DNA of 64,000 nt. Origin: a candidate division FCPU426 bacterium (lineage in GTDB: Bacteria; Oederibacteriota; Muellerivitia; Muellerivitales; Muellerivitaceae). Numbering within the stretch: position 1 is the stretch's first letter; every line of letters starts with the position of its first letter. The DNA lies in assembly GCA_963771075.1 (NCBI GenBank), contig CAVYSE010000024.1:96001-160000 (forward strand). The letters run 5' to 3'. The translations under genes were made by a program, and so were the position numbers. Below are positions 19,569 through 29,300 of the stretch, piece by piece. The notes beneath the pieces are model-generated. The model made no database searches, had not been told where the DNA came from, and saw only the letters and a program-made list of their open reading frames with translations.

Positions 19569-20527
19569 CGGCGAACAAGGGCTATGAGGTCATGTTTCAG
19601 AGGTACGAAAAAAACCCGATCTTAACGGCGGCTGACTGGCCCTATCCGGCCCATTCCGTCTTCAACGCGGGCGCGACCCTGCTGAAGGACGGCACGACTC
19701 TCCTGCTTTGCCGGGTGGAGGACCGCCGCGGCCACTCGCATCTTTGCGCGGCCCGTTCGAAAAACGGGCTGGATGGGTGGGTCATCGATGAAAAACCCAC
19801 CCTCCTGCCCGACCCCCAAAACCACCCCCAGGAACTCTGGGGCATTGAGGACCCCCGGATCACCTTTCTGGAGGAAACCGGGATGTACATGGTGGCCTAC
19901 ACCGCCTACAGCAAAAACGGGCCGGGTGTGGCCTTGGCCGAGACCGGGGACTTTAAGACCTTCAAGCGATACGGGATGGTCATGCAACCCGACGACAAGG
20001 ACGCGGCCATGCTTCCCCGGCGCATCGACGGGAGCTACGCGCTCATCCACCGCCCCCTGACCGATTCGGGGGCCAGCATCTGGATCTCCTACTCACCGGA
20101 CCTTCAAAACTGGGGTAACCACGCTCAAATCCTCCCGGCCCGCCGGGGCGCCTGGTGGGACGCCAACAAAATCGGCTTGTCCGGGCCGCTGATCGAAACG
20201 AAGCGGGGATGGCTGATGCTTTACCACGGCGTGCGGCAAACGGGGTCGGGTTGCATTTACCGGCTGGGCGCGGCGCTTCTCGCCCTGGACAATCCGGAAC
20301 GCTGCCTGCTCCGGGGCGATTCCTGGCTTTTCAGCCCGGAGGCTCCCTACGAACGCGGGGGGGACGTGGCCAATGTGGTATTTCCCTGCGGCCAGACGAT
20401 CGGGGAGGATGGGGACAGGATCCATCTTTATTACGGCGCGGCGGATACCAGCATCGCAACGGCGGTGGGAAGCATCCGCCAGATATTGCGATGGTTGGAT
20501 GAGAACGGGAATAACCCGGCGGCTTAA
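19565..20527 (+). CDS. GH130-family glycosidase/phosphorylase
   Basis: NPIL, VFNAGA, GIEDPRI, DKDA, YHGV, NVVFPCG, YYGAAD. Confidence 0.85.
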   Translation: MTANKGYEVMFQRYEKNPILTAADWPYPAHSVFNAGATLLKDGTTLLLCRVEDRRGHSHLCAARSKNGLDGWVIDEKPTLLPDPQNHPQELWGIEDPRITFLEETGMYMVAYTAYSKNGPGVALAETGDFKTFKRYGMVMQPDDKDAAMLPRRIDGSYALIHRPLTDSGASIWISYSPDLQNWGNHAQILPARRGAWWDANKIGLSGPLIETKRGWLMLYHGVRQTGSGCIYRLGAALLALDNPERCLLRGDSWLFSPEAPYERGGDVANVVFPCGQTIGEDGDRIHLYYGAADTSIATAVGSIRQILRWLDENGNNPAA

Positions 20528-20640
20528 GACGTTGGCTCGGGTGTGAAATAAAAAAACCCGCGTACCCTTGAGGGGAAGCGGGCCACAAAAACAGGATTAC
20601 TTAGTAGTGCTTCAGTTCGAAAATAGCTTGTTTGTTAAGC

Positions 20641-21001
20641 CGTCATTGCGAGGTTCAGCCCCAATCGGGGCGGGTTGTCCTACGTTGCCCATTGGGCAAC
20701 GTAAATCAGGACTATGCCGCTAACCCTTTGGCTTTTATTGTAAAACGGCATGAACCAAGCTTGTGGTAGTTGGCCTGAAATCGGCCAACCATCCATGGGC
20801 TTTAGTCCATGGACAATCTCAGGCTGACTCATACCACGAATGGCAAAACCTGAGATTCTTACGTCGCATACCGCTTTTCTATTAGGTATTTATTGAAGCG
20901 GTATTGCCCAGTCTTCCGTTGCCCTAAAGGGCAACGGGGGCAAATCGTACTGATCTCCTAATTTCAAGGAAATGGAAATCAGCACTGCTTCTCGGAATGA
21001 C
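20641..21001. repeat. Composite palindromic MITE/REP-like element
   Basis: Ends GTCATTGCGAG...CTCGGAATGAC are inverted; internal hairpins GTTGCCCATTGGGCAAC, TCCATGGGCTTTAGTCCATGGA and CCGTTGCCCTAAAGGGCAACGG. Confidence 0.5.
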
Positions 21002-21023
21002 ACCCTAAACAACTCACTACTGG

Positions 21024-21389
21024 CTACTTCGCGGCGACGGCCTGCGCTTTCGCTTCAGTTCCGGCGGTGGGGAAATTCGCGCTCGCCCACTCCTGCATGC
21101 CGCCTACGAACTCCGTGGCCTTAAAACCCTTCATTTGCAGGGCCTTGGCCGCTTTGGGTCCCGCGTCGCAGGAGGCCCCGGCGCAATAGGTGACGAAGAA
21201 CTTGCCTTTGCCGTATTTTTTCTCAACCGCCTCGATGAAATCCTCGGTTTTTTCCCCGATCGGAAGATTCTCGGAACCCTCGATGTGGAGCTTGGCGAAA
21301 TCCGCCTCCGGCAATACGTTCAAAACGACGGTGTTGTGGTCCTTCATCTTGTCCTTGAGAGCTTCCTTTGAAATCGGCATGCTTTTCAC
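21024..21389 (-). CDS. Rhodanese-like domain protein (paralog 1)
   Basis: HIEGSENLP, YCAGASC, GGMQEW. Confidence 0.85.
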   Translation of the reverse strand: MKSMPISKEALKDKMKDHNTVVLNVLPEADFAKLHIEGSENLPIGEKTEDFIEAVEKKYGKGKFFVTYCAGASCDAGPKAAKALQMKGFKATEFVGGMQEWASANFPTAGTEAKAQAVAAK

Positions 21390-21426
21390 CTCTTGATGTT
21401 TTTAATGGACTTCAACCTTACTTAAA

Positions 21427-21440
21427 GCAAGTAGCGTGCC
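21427..21440 (-). promoter_or_regulatory. sigma54 -24/-12 promoter
   Basis: GGCACGCTACTTGC (GG-N10-GC) upstream of the rhodanese gene. Confidence 0.75.
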
Positions 21441-21673
21441 CCGGCCTAGGGCGGATCGGTGTTTCCGTTATTCATTCAACGCGGGGAAACAACGTTTTAT
21501 GGGAGGGGATGGACGGATCGGCGGACCTTCCGGTTTTCCGATCAAATCGACCGGGCAAGGCTCTCGTTTTGGTAGCGCTTCCGAATAGGTGTTCAGGAAG
21601 CCGATTGCTTTTAGCTATAAGCCTTTAGTTAAAAGCATACATCGACAAGCCGAGAGCCTACCCATTTCCGGGT

Positions 21674-22030
21674 TTATTCCGCGGTGTATTTCCTGGAACC
21701 GGACGAATAGCAGAGGGTCATCTCAGCCTCCCCTTTCCCCGTGTTCTGGACCCAATGGATCACCCTCAGGGGAACGGTGAGCGCGTCCCCCGGCAGGAGA
21801 TTCACCTCCCGGCCGCCCGCCTGGACGCAGGCGCTGCCCCGGATCATGAGGATCACCTCATCCGCGTTGGAATGGCTGTGGGGCCCGTCGGAAAACCCCG
21901 GATGAAGGATCAACCGGCCCACCGTCACCGAACTGCCGGAAAGGGTTTGGTTGGCCACCCAGGACAGGGAGCCCCAGGTTTCCACCGCCTTGTTTTTTTC
22001 CGAATCCCGCGCGTTCACCAATCCGGTCAT
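21674..22030 (-). CDS. Cupin domain protein
   Basis: HSHSNADE...GDALTVP..VIH; ATGA coupling to the upstream gene. Confidence 0.8.
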   Translation of the reverse strand: MTGLVNARDSEKNKAVETWGSLSWVANQTLSGSSVTVGRLILHPGFSDGPHSHSNADEVILMIRGSACVQAGGREVNLLPGDALTVPLRVIHWVQNTGKGEAEMTLCYSSGSRKYTAE

Positions 22031-22380
22031 GGGAGGACCTCGGTTCTCGGGGGCCGGGTGGCTTCCGTCGAAAATCCGGACCCCTTCCACTCGGCGAGCC
22101 CACCGGGAAAGGCTTCCGCCCACAAGCCCCTCTTGCGCAGGGCCAGGGCCGCTTCATCCGCGAGGGTGGAGGGGGGCTCGAGGCCGTAAACGATGAAAAA
22201 CTTACCCCTCCCGAATTTCATTTCCACCGTCTGGGCGAATAAAGCCTGGTTCGGAAGATAGGGAATGTTATGGGAGCCCGTGATGTGGCGTTCCCGGTAA
22301 TCCCCTTCCGGCTGAACGTTTAAAACCACCACGTGGGGTTTTCTCATCTTATCCAGCAGTATTTCTTTTGTGACGGTCAT
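22027..22380 (-). CDS. Rhodanese-like protein lacking the catalytic Cys (paralog 2)
   Basis: HITGSHNIP and GGLAEW conserved; loop reads YGLEPPS instead of YC. Confidence 0.75.
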   Translation of the reverse strand: MTVTKEILLDKMRKPHVVVLNVQPEGDYRERHITGSHNIPYLPNQALFAQTVEMKFGRGKFFIVYGLEPPSTLADEAALALRKRGLWAEAFPGGLAEWKGSGFSTEATRPPRTEVLP

Positions 22381-22435
22381 GGGTTCCTTTTTCTAAATGA
22401 GTCGGTGTGGATGAAGCGGGTTGGAGCGGGACCCT

Positions 22436-22684
22436 TCATTCGTAAATCTTGGCCGCCAGGAACATGTTGGCGATAAAACCCCAGGGAATGTTGGGAGGTT
22501 CGGTGAGGTGGTTGATTTCATTAAATCCTTCCATCTCCCCGACCCAGCTCGCCATGCCGGTTAAAAAGCCGCTCAACTTCTTGTTTTCCCACTCGTCCGG
22601 GAAATTTTTGTGGTTCTCGGCCAGTTCGTTCAAGAAACGAATAAACTCGGCTTTGGTTTTCACATCTTTTTCATCCATGTTCAC
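22436..22684 (-). CDS. Small hypothetical protein
   Basis: Co-oriented in the operon; WEN..L..FL..MASW...W...A..F.AAKIYE pattern. Confidence 0.6.
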   Translation of the reverse strand: MNMDEKDVKTKAEFIRFLNELAENHKNFPDEWENKKLSGFLTGMASWVGEMEGFNEINHLTEPPNIPWGFIANMFLAAKIYE

Positions 22685-22738
22685 CCTGGTTTCCCCCAGT
22701 TCCCAAGCCGCCCGGGCGGGCGCCGGGGTGGATTGGGC

Positions 22739-23515
22739 CTAATTTTGTCCCGCGCGATTCCCAATTTCCATTTCCTCGAACCAATAGCCGTAACGGTCGT
22801 AATGCCGGTAGAGCCGGACCTCGTCATTCCGGGTCGGGGTGGCGGGGGGAGTGAATTCGGGCGATTTTCGGACGGCCTCCCGGGTCAGGTTCGTGAAAAC
22901 CTTCTTTTCGGCCCAGCTCACCCGCTCGATCCAGCGTGGTGATACTAGCACATGCCTCCCCGGCAGCCAATTTTTCGTGTCGGCCACCAGGTAACGGATC
23001 GTCCAGTATTCCTCGTCGATGATAAAATCGTCGATATGCCCGATCTCCCCGTCTATGGCTTGGAGGTGGTGCCCCGTCACGTCCCGGGTGCTGAACAGGT
23101 TCGGATCGCAGGCTTTCGGCTCTTCCCGGACCGCCGGCCAGGTGGCCGGGTCCCGGGACAGGTTCCGGTAGTTTCCCCACATATAGGGGCCGCCCCAATA
23201 GGCCGGCCATCCGAAATAGTTGAAATAGGTTTTCTCGAACTGGTGGGAGACGGGCTGGTCGCTTTCCAGGGAAGGGCTTTCCTCGATCTGGCGCAGGGTC
23301 AAATCGACGGTGAGGTACTTGTTTTCGGGATGGACCGAGGTCAGCGCGTAAGGCGAGATCAGCACCTTCCGGCCCTTGAGCCAGCCGCCGGTGTCGGCCA
23401 CCAGGTAGCGGACCGTCCAATGTTTGTCGTCGAATAGGAATTCATCGACGGTTCCCACCTCTCCGTCTCGGCAATGCAGGGTATAGCCCCGAAGGGTCTT
23501 GGCTGGGTGCATCAT
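22739..23515 (-). CDS. Tandem PRC-barrel domain protein
   Basis: Two repeats of DGE.G..D.F..D...WT.RYLVADT..WL.GR.VL.SP. Confidence 0.85.
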   Translation of the reverse strand: MMHPAKTLRGYTLHCRDGEVGTVDEFLFDDKHWTVRYLVADTGGWLKGRKVLISPYALTSVHPENKYLTVDLTLRQIEESPSLESDQPVSHQFEKTYFNYFGWPAYWGGPYMWGNYRNLSRDPATWPAVREEPKACDPNLFSTRDVTGHHLQAIDGEIGHIDDFIIDEEYWTIRYLVADTKNWLPGRHVLVSPRWIERVSWAEKKVFTNLTREAVRKSPEFTPPATPTRNDEVRLYRHYDRYGYWFEEMEIGNRAGQN

Positions 23516-23552
23516 GGGTGTTTCCTTTCATCGCGGGGAACCGGGGCCTCCC

Positions 23553-24476
23553 TCACAAGGCTTTTGCGTGTGAAACTTCTTTTGCTTGGTTCGCTTGTTC
23601 CTGGCCGATCCCCATGGTCAGCGCCGTCAGGCCGGCCACCCCGCCCAACTGCATGGTTTCCACCACCGTGCTGGGCACGATGACGATCGTGGCGTTTTTC
23701 TTCAGGCCCTCGTAAAGCATGTTCATGGCCCTCAAGTGCAGGGCCACGGGGTTGTGGGCGTAGGTCTTGGCCGCCTCCCCGAATTTTTCCGCCACCTGCC
23801 GCTCCGAATCGCCCAAAATCACCCGGGCCTGGCGCTCCCTTTCGGCCTGGGCCTGCATGGACATGGCGTCCTCCAGGGCCGGTGGAATCAGCACGTCCTT
23901 AACCTCCACCGAAATCACGTTGATGCCCCAGGGCTCGGTGCGGACGTCGATGATCTTTTGCAGCTCGGTGCTGATCTTTTCCCGGCCTTCCAGCATGTCG
24001 GAAAGCATGGTCTTGCCGATGACGTCCCTCAGGGCCGTCTGGGAGGCCCAGTTGATGGCGCTTTGGTAGTCGGCCACGTCTAGGGCCGCCTTCTTGGGGT
24101 CCACGACCTTCCAGAAAAGCACCGCGTCCACATCCACCGGGACCGTGTCCTTGGTCAGGGTCTTTTCCGCCTTGAAAGAGGAGGTGATGACCCGGGTGTC
24201 GATCCAGTAGGCGACCATGTCGATAATGGGAATGATGAAGAATAGCCCCGGGCCTTCCAGGGACCGGTACTTGCCCAGCCGGAGGATCACGACCCTTTCC
24301 CACTGGTCCGCGACCTTGATGGCCTGGGCGCAGAGGATGGCGAGGGCCAGGGTGAAGGCGCCCACCAGGGCGCTTCCAATGACGGCGGAGGCGCTATAGA
24401 AGCCAAAGGCTACCAGCCCCCCCAACACGAGTATCGTGAAAAAGACTAATGCCGGAAATGAACTGCCGTTTCTCAT
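23553..24476 (-). CDS. SPFH/band 7 (stomatin-like) protein
   Basis: WERVVILRLG, GPGLFFIIP, TKDTVPVDVDAV, QAQAERERQAR. Confidence 0.9.
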   Translation of the reverse strand: MRNGSSFPALVFFTILVLGGLVAFGFYSASAVIGSALVGAFTLALAILCAQAIKVADQWERVVILRLGKYRSLEGPGLFFIIPIIDMVAYWIDTRVITSSFKAEKTLTKDTVPVDVDAVLFWKVVDPKKAALDVADYQSAINWASQTALRDVIGKTMLSDMLEGREKISTELQKIIDVRTEPWGINVISVEVKDVLIPPALEDAMSMQAQAERERQARVILGDSERQVAEKFGEAAKTYAHNPVALHLRAMNMLYEGLKKNATIVIVPSTVVETMQLGGVAGLTALTMGIGQEQANQAKEVSHAKAL

Positions 24477-24526
24477 AGTGAAATTCCTCCAGGAATTGCA
24501 GAAAAATTTTCTCAAGACCAGTTAAA

Positions 24527-24540
24527 GCAAGGAACATGCC
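24527..24540 (-). promoter_or_regulatory. sigma54 -24/-12 promoter
   Basis: GGCATGTTCCTTGC upstream of the SPFH operon. Confidence 0.72.
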
Positions 24541-24729
24541 CCGTTGAAACGACTCTTCATCGCGAAAAACGCCTTTAAGTAAGGGGAAAATTTGATTTTA
24601 TGTTTTCTAGGGCATGCTCCGCCGGCCCGAATCAATCAAAACGATAGCTTTCGGTTCTCTTTTTGATCTTTAAAGCTTCCGAACTTGGATTGGGTTGGTT
24701 TTATCGCGAGTTAAAAAGATTCGGTGTCC

Positions 24730-24743
24730 GGCTTGATTCTTGC
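24730..24743 (+). promoter_or_regulatory. sigma54 -24/-12 promoter (divergent)
   Basis: GGCTTGATTCTTGC upstream of the ORF at 24773. Confidence 0.62.
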
Positions 24744-24772
24744 TTTTCTAAATCCTGATACCCGTTCCATTC

Positions 24773-25039
24773 ATGAAGAATTTCTATCACGGCAAAGGAT
24801 CCCAAATGATCGCGTTAAAAAATGATGTGTTAGGGGCTTCGCCCATCGGAGCCGAGGCCAACAAGCAAATCGAGGAAGCCGCCTATTATTGTTATTTGAA
24901 CCGCCAACGTTACGGCCAGGAAGGCGACACCCTGAGTGATTGGCACGAGGCGGAAAGCGAGGTAAGGAAAAAACAAGCCCAACACCTCAACCCGATCCTC
25001 AGCTTTGCGTCGGTCCTCAAAAAAATCGTTAAGAAATGA
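24773..25039 (+). CDS. DUF2934-like small protein
   Basis: IEEAAYY.Y..R...G....DWHEAE motif. Confidence 0.7.
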   Translation: MKNFYHGKGSQMIALKNDVLGASPIGAEANKQIEEAAYYCYLNRQRYGQEGDTLSDWHEAESEVRKKQAQHLNPILSFASVLKKIVKK

Positions 25040-25135
25040 TCGCTTCACAGGGTATCCCCCGTCTATTTCGATTCGTTTTTTTGAATGTCGAAGTAAATAG
25101 GCAAGGGAATGACTCTCGATAGTTCCCGGGCCCCG

Positions 25136-25426
25136 TTATTTGATCTTGGCCAGTAACCGATGGATGGCTTTTTCCAAAACTTCGCAAGCGGTATCGACCC
25201 CGATTTTCATGGATTCCCATTCCGCTTCACCGGCATGTTGTAGTTCTAAGATTGTCGCCTCGAGGTCTAAGCGTTTTGCCTGGATCTCCTCGATTTCCTT
25301 TTGGTAGGCCGCCTGGGAATTCGCCCGGACCTGGGACGCCATGGATAAGAACTCCTGGATCTCCCCGGTCCATTTATTGATTTTCCATTTTATTTCTTCA
25401 ACATAAGCGTCTCTTCGTAATCCCAC
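25136..25426 (-). CDS. Small coiled-coil stress-type protein
   Basis: RDAYVEEIK..I.KW..EI...AGEAEWES.K.G pattern; heptad-like. Confidence 0.6.
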   Translation of the reverse strand: MGLRRDAYVEEIKWKINKWTGEIQEFLSMASQVRANSQAAYQKEIEEIQAKRLDLEATILELQHAGEAEWESMKIGVDTACEVLEKAIHRLLAKIK

Positions 25427-25463
25427 GAGGGCGCCTCTTTCATATAAATTTTGAAGGAATGGA

Positions 25464-25652
25464 TTAAACCGTCAACGTACCCCGGCTTTTCCAAATCAAT
25501 CCTGCCTGGTCGGCGGGAACTTCATGACTGTAATTTTCATCGAACTCACGGGTCCCGGGAATAGGCCTGCTTTTCCTTCGCCGGGCCGGGAGGGGAAGGA
25601 CTTTAGGTTGGAAACGGGGCTTTTCAGGCTTTTGGGTAAGGGCCTTGGTCAT
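25464..25652 (-). CDS. Hypothetical protein
   Basis: ATGA overlap with the SOD-like stop; no recognisable motif. Confidence 0.3.
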   Translation of the reverse strand: MTKALTQKPEKPRFQPKVLPLPARRRKSRPIPGTREFDENYSHEVPADQAGLIWKSRGTLTV

Positions 25653-26257
25653 AGGGCGTACTCGGCGGACCTGGCCAGTCGCACGGCAGAGGCGAATCTT
25701 TTTTGGGCTTCCGCCCAATTGATGACTTTCAGGAAAGCCTCGGTGTAATCCGACCGGTTATCGCCATAATCCGTCATGTAAGCGTGGTCGAAACAATCGT
25801 TGACCAGGAGGGAAACACAATAGAAAAGGCTTCCCACCTCATGCCCGGTGATCCATAGGTTAATGAGGTTTTTTCCTTCCGGTTCCCAGGCCAGGACCGC
25901 CCAGCCTTCTCCCCGGGTGAGGGAGACTTCCCAAAAATCATTCGCCCAGGACTCCAGGGAACCATAGGTCTTGATGATCTGGACCGCCAAATCCGAATCG
26001 GGGTCAAGGGACTGGGATTGCCTGGCCATATTCCCGAAATAGATCTCATGGAGCCGGACGCCGGTGAAATCCGAGGCGAAAGCATTCTTAATGGCATCAT
26101 ATTCCGGATTATCCCTTTGAGCCCCATTCAGTACGTCGATCATCCGGTTGAAACGGTCGAGGAAACCTTCATAGATTTTGATATGGTCTTTTATGTATTC
26201 GTCGCTGAATCCCGGCATACCCAACAAATGCTCATAACTTTGTCCCGCGTAAGTCAT
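25649..26257 (-). CDS. Fe/Mn superoxide dismutase-family protein (divergent)
   Basis: HIKIYEG, LHEIYFGN, YGSLESW, GEGWAVL, DCFDHAY (canonical DxWEHAY). Confidence 0.8.
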   Translation of the reverse strand: MTYAGQSYEHLLGMPGFSDEYIKDHIKIYEGFLDRFNRMIDVLNGAQRDNPEYDAIKNAFASDFTGVRLHEIYFGNMARQSQSLDPDSDLAVQIIKTYGSLESWANDFWEVSLTRGEGWAVLAWEPEGKNLINLWITGHEVGSLFYCVSLLVNDCFDHAYMTDYGDNRSDYTEAFLKVINWAEAQKRFASAVRLARSAEYAL

Positions 26258-26339
26258 CGTGCGTCCCTTTCGGAAATAGTTTGGCACAGACAACGCCATC
26301 CCCCCGCCGCTTTCTTGAATTCCTGCTAACACAGTAAAA

Positions 26340-26353
26340 GCAAGTTCCATACC
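26340..26353 (-). promoter_or_regulatory. sigma54 -24/-12 promoter
   Basis: GGTATGGAACTTGC upstream of the SOD-like gene. Confidence 0.68.
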
Positions 26354-26541
26354 CCGTGATTTTTTTTGATCAGGTCTCCAGGTATCGCGCCCATCTTGAT
26401 CCATACGGAATTTCCAGCCGGGATGGGACATGGAACGGCCGGCTTCTATCAAAATGATGTTCCCCTAAATCTCACTTTGATCCTCTGCCAAGACGAATCC
26501 CGGGAAGCGCATTGAAAGCCGCGCAAGCTGTTTCACGCGGC

Positions 26542-26555
26542 GGCTCGTTTCTTGC
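26542..26555 (+). promoter_or_regulatory. sigma54 -24/-12 promoter (divergent)
   Basis: GGCTCGTTTCTTGC upstream of STAS-pirin. Confidence 0.62.
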
Positions 26556-26638
26556 TTCCTTTGATACGACACGATTCTTAAAAACTTCGCAAGCCAAGGC
26601 GGGGAACATGACTTTCACCCGCAAAGGACATTAAACCT

Positions 26639-27073
26639 ATGATCTCTGAAAAAACGTCGGACGCCCTCACCGTCACCCTCTCCACCTATCCCGGTCGGCC
26701 CGAAATTTCCCTCCTTTCGGTCAGGGGTTACCTCGACACCACCACCACCCCGGATTTCGAGGAAATTTTCCAATCCGCCTTGCGCCAAAAGAAATTCAAG
26801 CTGGTGGTCGACTTGAAGGACGCGGATTACATCAGCAGCGCGGGCTGGGGGATCTTCGTCAGCGAGATCAAGCGCATCCGCCAGGGAAAAGGGGATTTGG
26901 TGCTTTCCGGGATGAATCCGGGGGTCCAGGAGATTTTCAAGCTTTTGGAATTCGACACCTTTTTGAGTTCCTTTCCCAACGTCGAAACGGCGGTCGAGAA
27001 GGGTTTTAGGGACATCCTTCCCCTGCCGGCCAAAGGGGACCCCCTCGGCGGGCGCGGAAAAAAAACGCCATGA
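26639..27073 (+). CDS. STAS domain anti-sigma factor antagonist
   Basis: GYLDTTT, VVDL...DYISSAG (phosphoacceptor Ser region). Confidence 0.85.
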   Translation: MISEKTSDALTVTLSTYPGRPEISLLSVRGYLDTTTTPDFEEIFQSALRQKKFKLVVDLKDADYISSAGWGIFVSEIKRIRQGKGDLVLSGMNPGVQEIFKLLEFDTFLSSFPNVETAVEKGFRDILPLPAKGDPLGGRGKKTP

Positions 27074-27771
27074 TCACCCTGCGCAGGTCGGAAGAACGCC
27101 GCCACATCGCCGTTGAGAACCAGAAAACCTGGAGGACCTTCGACTGGGAAAACCAGGCCGACCCCCTGCGGGGTGGTTTCGGCGTATTAAAGGTTTTCAA
27201 CGAGGAAATCCTGAACCCGGGCCGGGCCTTCACCCTCCACACCCAGGAGGACAGGGTGGTCGTGACCTACATCAACGAGGGCGTCATGATCTTCAACCGG
27301 CCCAGGCTTGGAAAAACCGGGCTCATGGAAACGGGGGACCTCCAACTTTCCTACGCCCTTTCCGGTTCCAAGCCCTATTCCCTCAACCACTCGTCCCTCG
27401 ACCAGGCGCGGTTTTTCCAAAGCGGATTCTCGCCCCTCGTGGGCCCCCAAGAACCCGGGGGCGACAAAAAACACTTCACCCTCGCCGAGCGCAAGGGGGT
27501 CTTGAAGCTCATCGCCTCCCCCGACGGCAAGGAAGCTTCCCTCAAGATCCGGCAGGATGTGGAGATGTATTCCACGCTCATCCACAAGGGGAACCACATG
27601 ATCCACGAGCTGAAACCGGGCCGAACCGCCTGGCTTCACGTGGTCAAGGGCCGAATCGACCTGGGGGAACTCATCCTCCTGGCGGGGGACGGAGCCGGAT
27701 ATTCGGAAGAAATCGGCGTCTCATTCACCGCCCAGGAACCCAGCGAAATACTTTTGTTTGATTTACCCTGA
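27070..27771 (+). CDS. Pirin/YhhW-family bicupin (degenerate metal site)
   Basis: FG.L.V.NEE, LIASPDG...SLKIRQD, WLHVVKG, GDGA, EILLFDLP; the metal-binding HxH..E is not intact. Confidence 0.8.
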   Translation: MITLRRSEERRHIAVENQKTWRTFDWENQADPLRGGFGVLKVFNEEILNPGRAFTLHTQEDRVVVTYINEGVMIFNRPRLGKTGLMETGDLQLSYALSGSKPYSLNHSSLDQARFFQSGFSPLVGPQEPGGDKKHFTLAERKGVLKLIASPDGKEASLKIRQDVEMYSTLIHKGNHMIHELKPGRTAWLHVVKGRIDLGELILLAGDGAGYSEEIGVSFTAQEPSEILLFDLP

Positions 27772-27795
27772 ATCAGCGAAATCCAAGGCCCGGAA

Positions 27796-28521
27796 TCAGG
27801 TTTTGACTGTTTCACCCAAGGGGGTATGGGCCTTGTCCATCCGCGGCTTGGCTTTAACGGACCCCTCCGGCGGGGCGCTGATGCCGCAGTAACCCCCGCA
27901 ACCGGGGCAGCGGACCACCTTCAAGTCGGCGGGGCGATGAAGGATATAGGACAAGGAGCAATGGGGACAGGCGGTCTTCCTCCCCACCGGCCTGGAAGTG
28001 GAATGATCGAACAGGGCCATCCCCGTTTTCCCGTCAAAATATTCCCCAAGTTCGGAAGGGTCGCGGCGCGCGAGGAGATCGGCGGCCTCCGAAACCCCTT
28101 CCTTCATGAGGGTGGGCGCCGGCCTGGGTTCCTCATAGGTTTCGGCCAGCTTCACGACGTAATCGGTCCAGGCGTTGGTGGTGTAGAGGCTGATGGAATG
28201 CTCGAATCGAGGCACAAGGCCCGTGATTCTTTTAATATCTTCGCAATGCCCGAACACGTAGACATCCTTGCCTCCGGCGAAACGGGTAGTCTTTAAATCC
28301 GGGATCTCGGTACCGGGCGTCATTGGGCCGCCCTGGCTGAACATCAGGAATAGGGCGCTGGAATTTTTAGCGTGATCAAGAAATTTCGCCTTATCCCCCG
28401 CCCCCGTGATCGTTTCGTAATCCATCCAAACCGTCCCCAATTCCACCGTCGAAAACACCTTCTCAAAAAAGGGTTTAAACCGTTGGTCTAATCGGCTGTT
28501 CAATAGAAGGATCTGCCGCAC
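27796..28521 (-). CDS. Hypothetical protein with C-terminal zinc ribbon
   Basis: CPHC...CPGC; probable GTG start at 28521 after AAGGGG. Confidence 0.55.
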   Translation of the reverse strand: MRQILLLNSRLDQRFKPFFEKVFSTVELGTVWMDYETITGAGDKAKFLDHAKNSSALFLMFSQGGPMTPGTEIPDLKTTRFAGGKDVYVFGHCEDIKRITGLVPRFEHSISLYTTNAWTDYVVKLAETYEEPRPAPTLMKEGVSEAADLLARRDPSELGEYFDGKTGMALFDHSTSRPVGRKTACPHCSLSYILHRPADLKVVRCPGCGGYCGISAPPEGSVKAKPRMDKAHTPLGETVKT

Positions 28522-28883
28522 TGGAAACCCCCTTGGCTGTTCCGGTATTGGTGAATTCCGTTTTTGTAAATGGCGGGTGTCCGGACAGGGGTTAATAGAG
28601 CAATTTCCATACCTTGAACCTGTGGGGGGCAAGAGGTGGAACCCTTTCCAGGGTCCGATTCGGCCAAGTCCATGCCGCCGGCCTATCAAAGAGAGAAAGG
28701 GATCGAACCATTTTGATTCGTTGGGCCGCCAGGCCCTTTTGACCGCTTTCGTCCCGTTTAACTCAATGGACACCGAATAAACTACTCTTGCCGCTGGAAG
28801 AGCCTATAGTCCAAGTGAGTATTACGAACTATTGCTCGTGGTGTTTGGAGCCGCGTTTTGTGATTCTCTCGGAGGAGGCTCCC

Positions 28884-29147
28884 ATGGAATTCGAGCACGC
28901 GTTCAAAAAGTTGGCCACACGGTACAAGGTCTTACGCCTCCACCGGGGAATGATCCAGGAGGACGTCCTGGAACACAACTTCTCGGTCCGGCACTACCAG
29001 CAGTTGGAAGCCGGAAGGCCCCATTCCCTCACGACTTTATTCCGGCTTTCCGTCATGTTCGATACCCACCCGGAAATCCTGATCAAGGGCCTGTTGAACG
29101 GGCGAAACGGCCATCGTAAAAAGGGAAAAAAACGCCGAACGAAATAG
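28884..29147 (+). CDS. XRE-family helix-turn-helix regulator
   Basis: GGAGG RBS; LR..RG..QE.......YQQLEAGR..SL.TL.RL. Confidence 0.75.
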   Translation: MEFEHAFKKLATRYKVLRLHRGMIQEDVLEHNFSVRHYQQLEAGRPHSLTTLFRLSVMFDTHPEILIKGLLNGRNGHRKKGKKRRTK

Positions 29148-29300
29148 TTTTTATTCCCCCTAAACTGAAGCACTACCAAAATGAGAGCCTTCCCGATTGA
29201 TTTGATAGGGCCGTCGGCCGCGCCGCTTCCGCGCGAAGGTCGCCGGATTCAAAACCGCGATTTCCCGCGTGATTCCTGCCCGGCCGCACGGTCCGCCCGC

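Noticed and set aside
26258..26452. N-terminal extension of the SOD-like ORF
   Set aside because: It overlaps the sigma54 promoter and enhancer boxes; an AAGGGA RBS precedes the Met at 26257.
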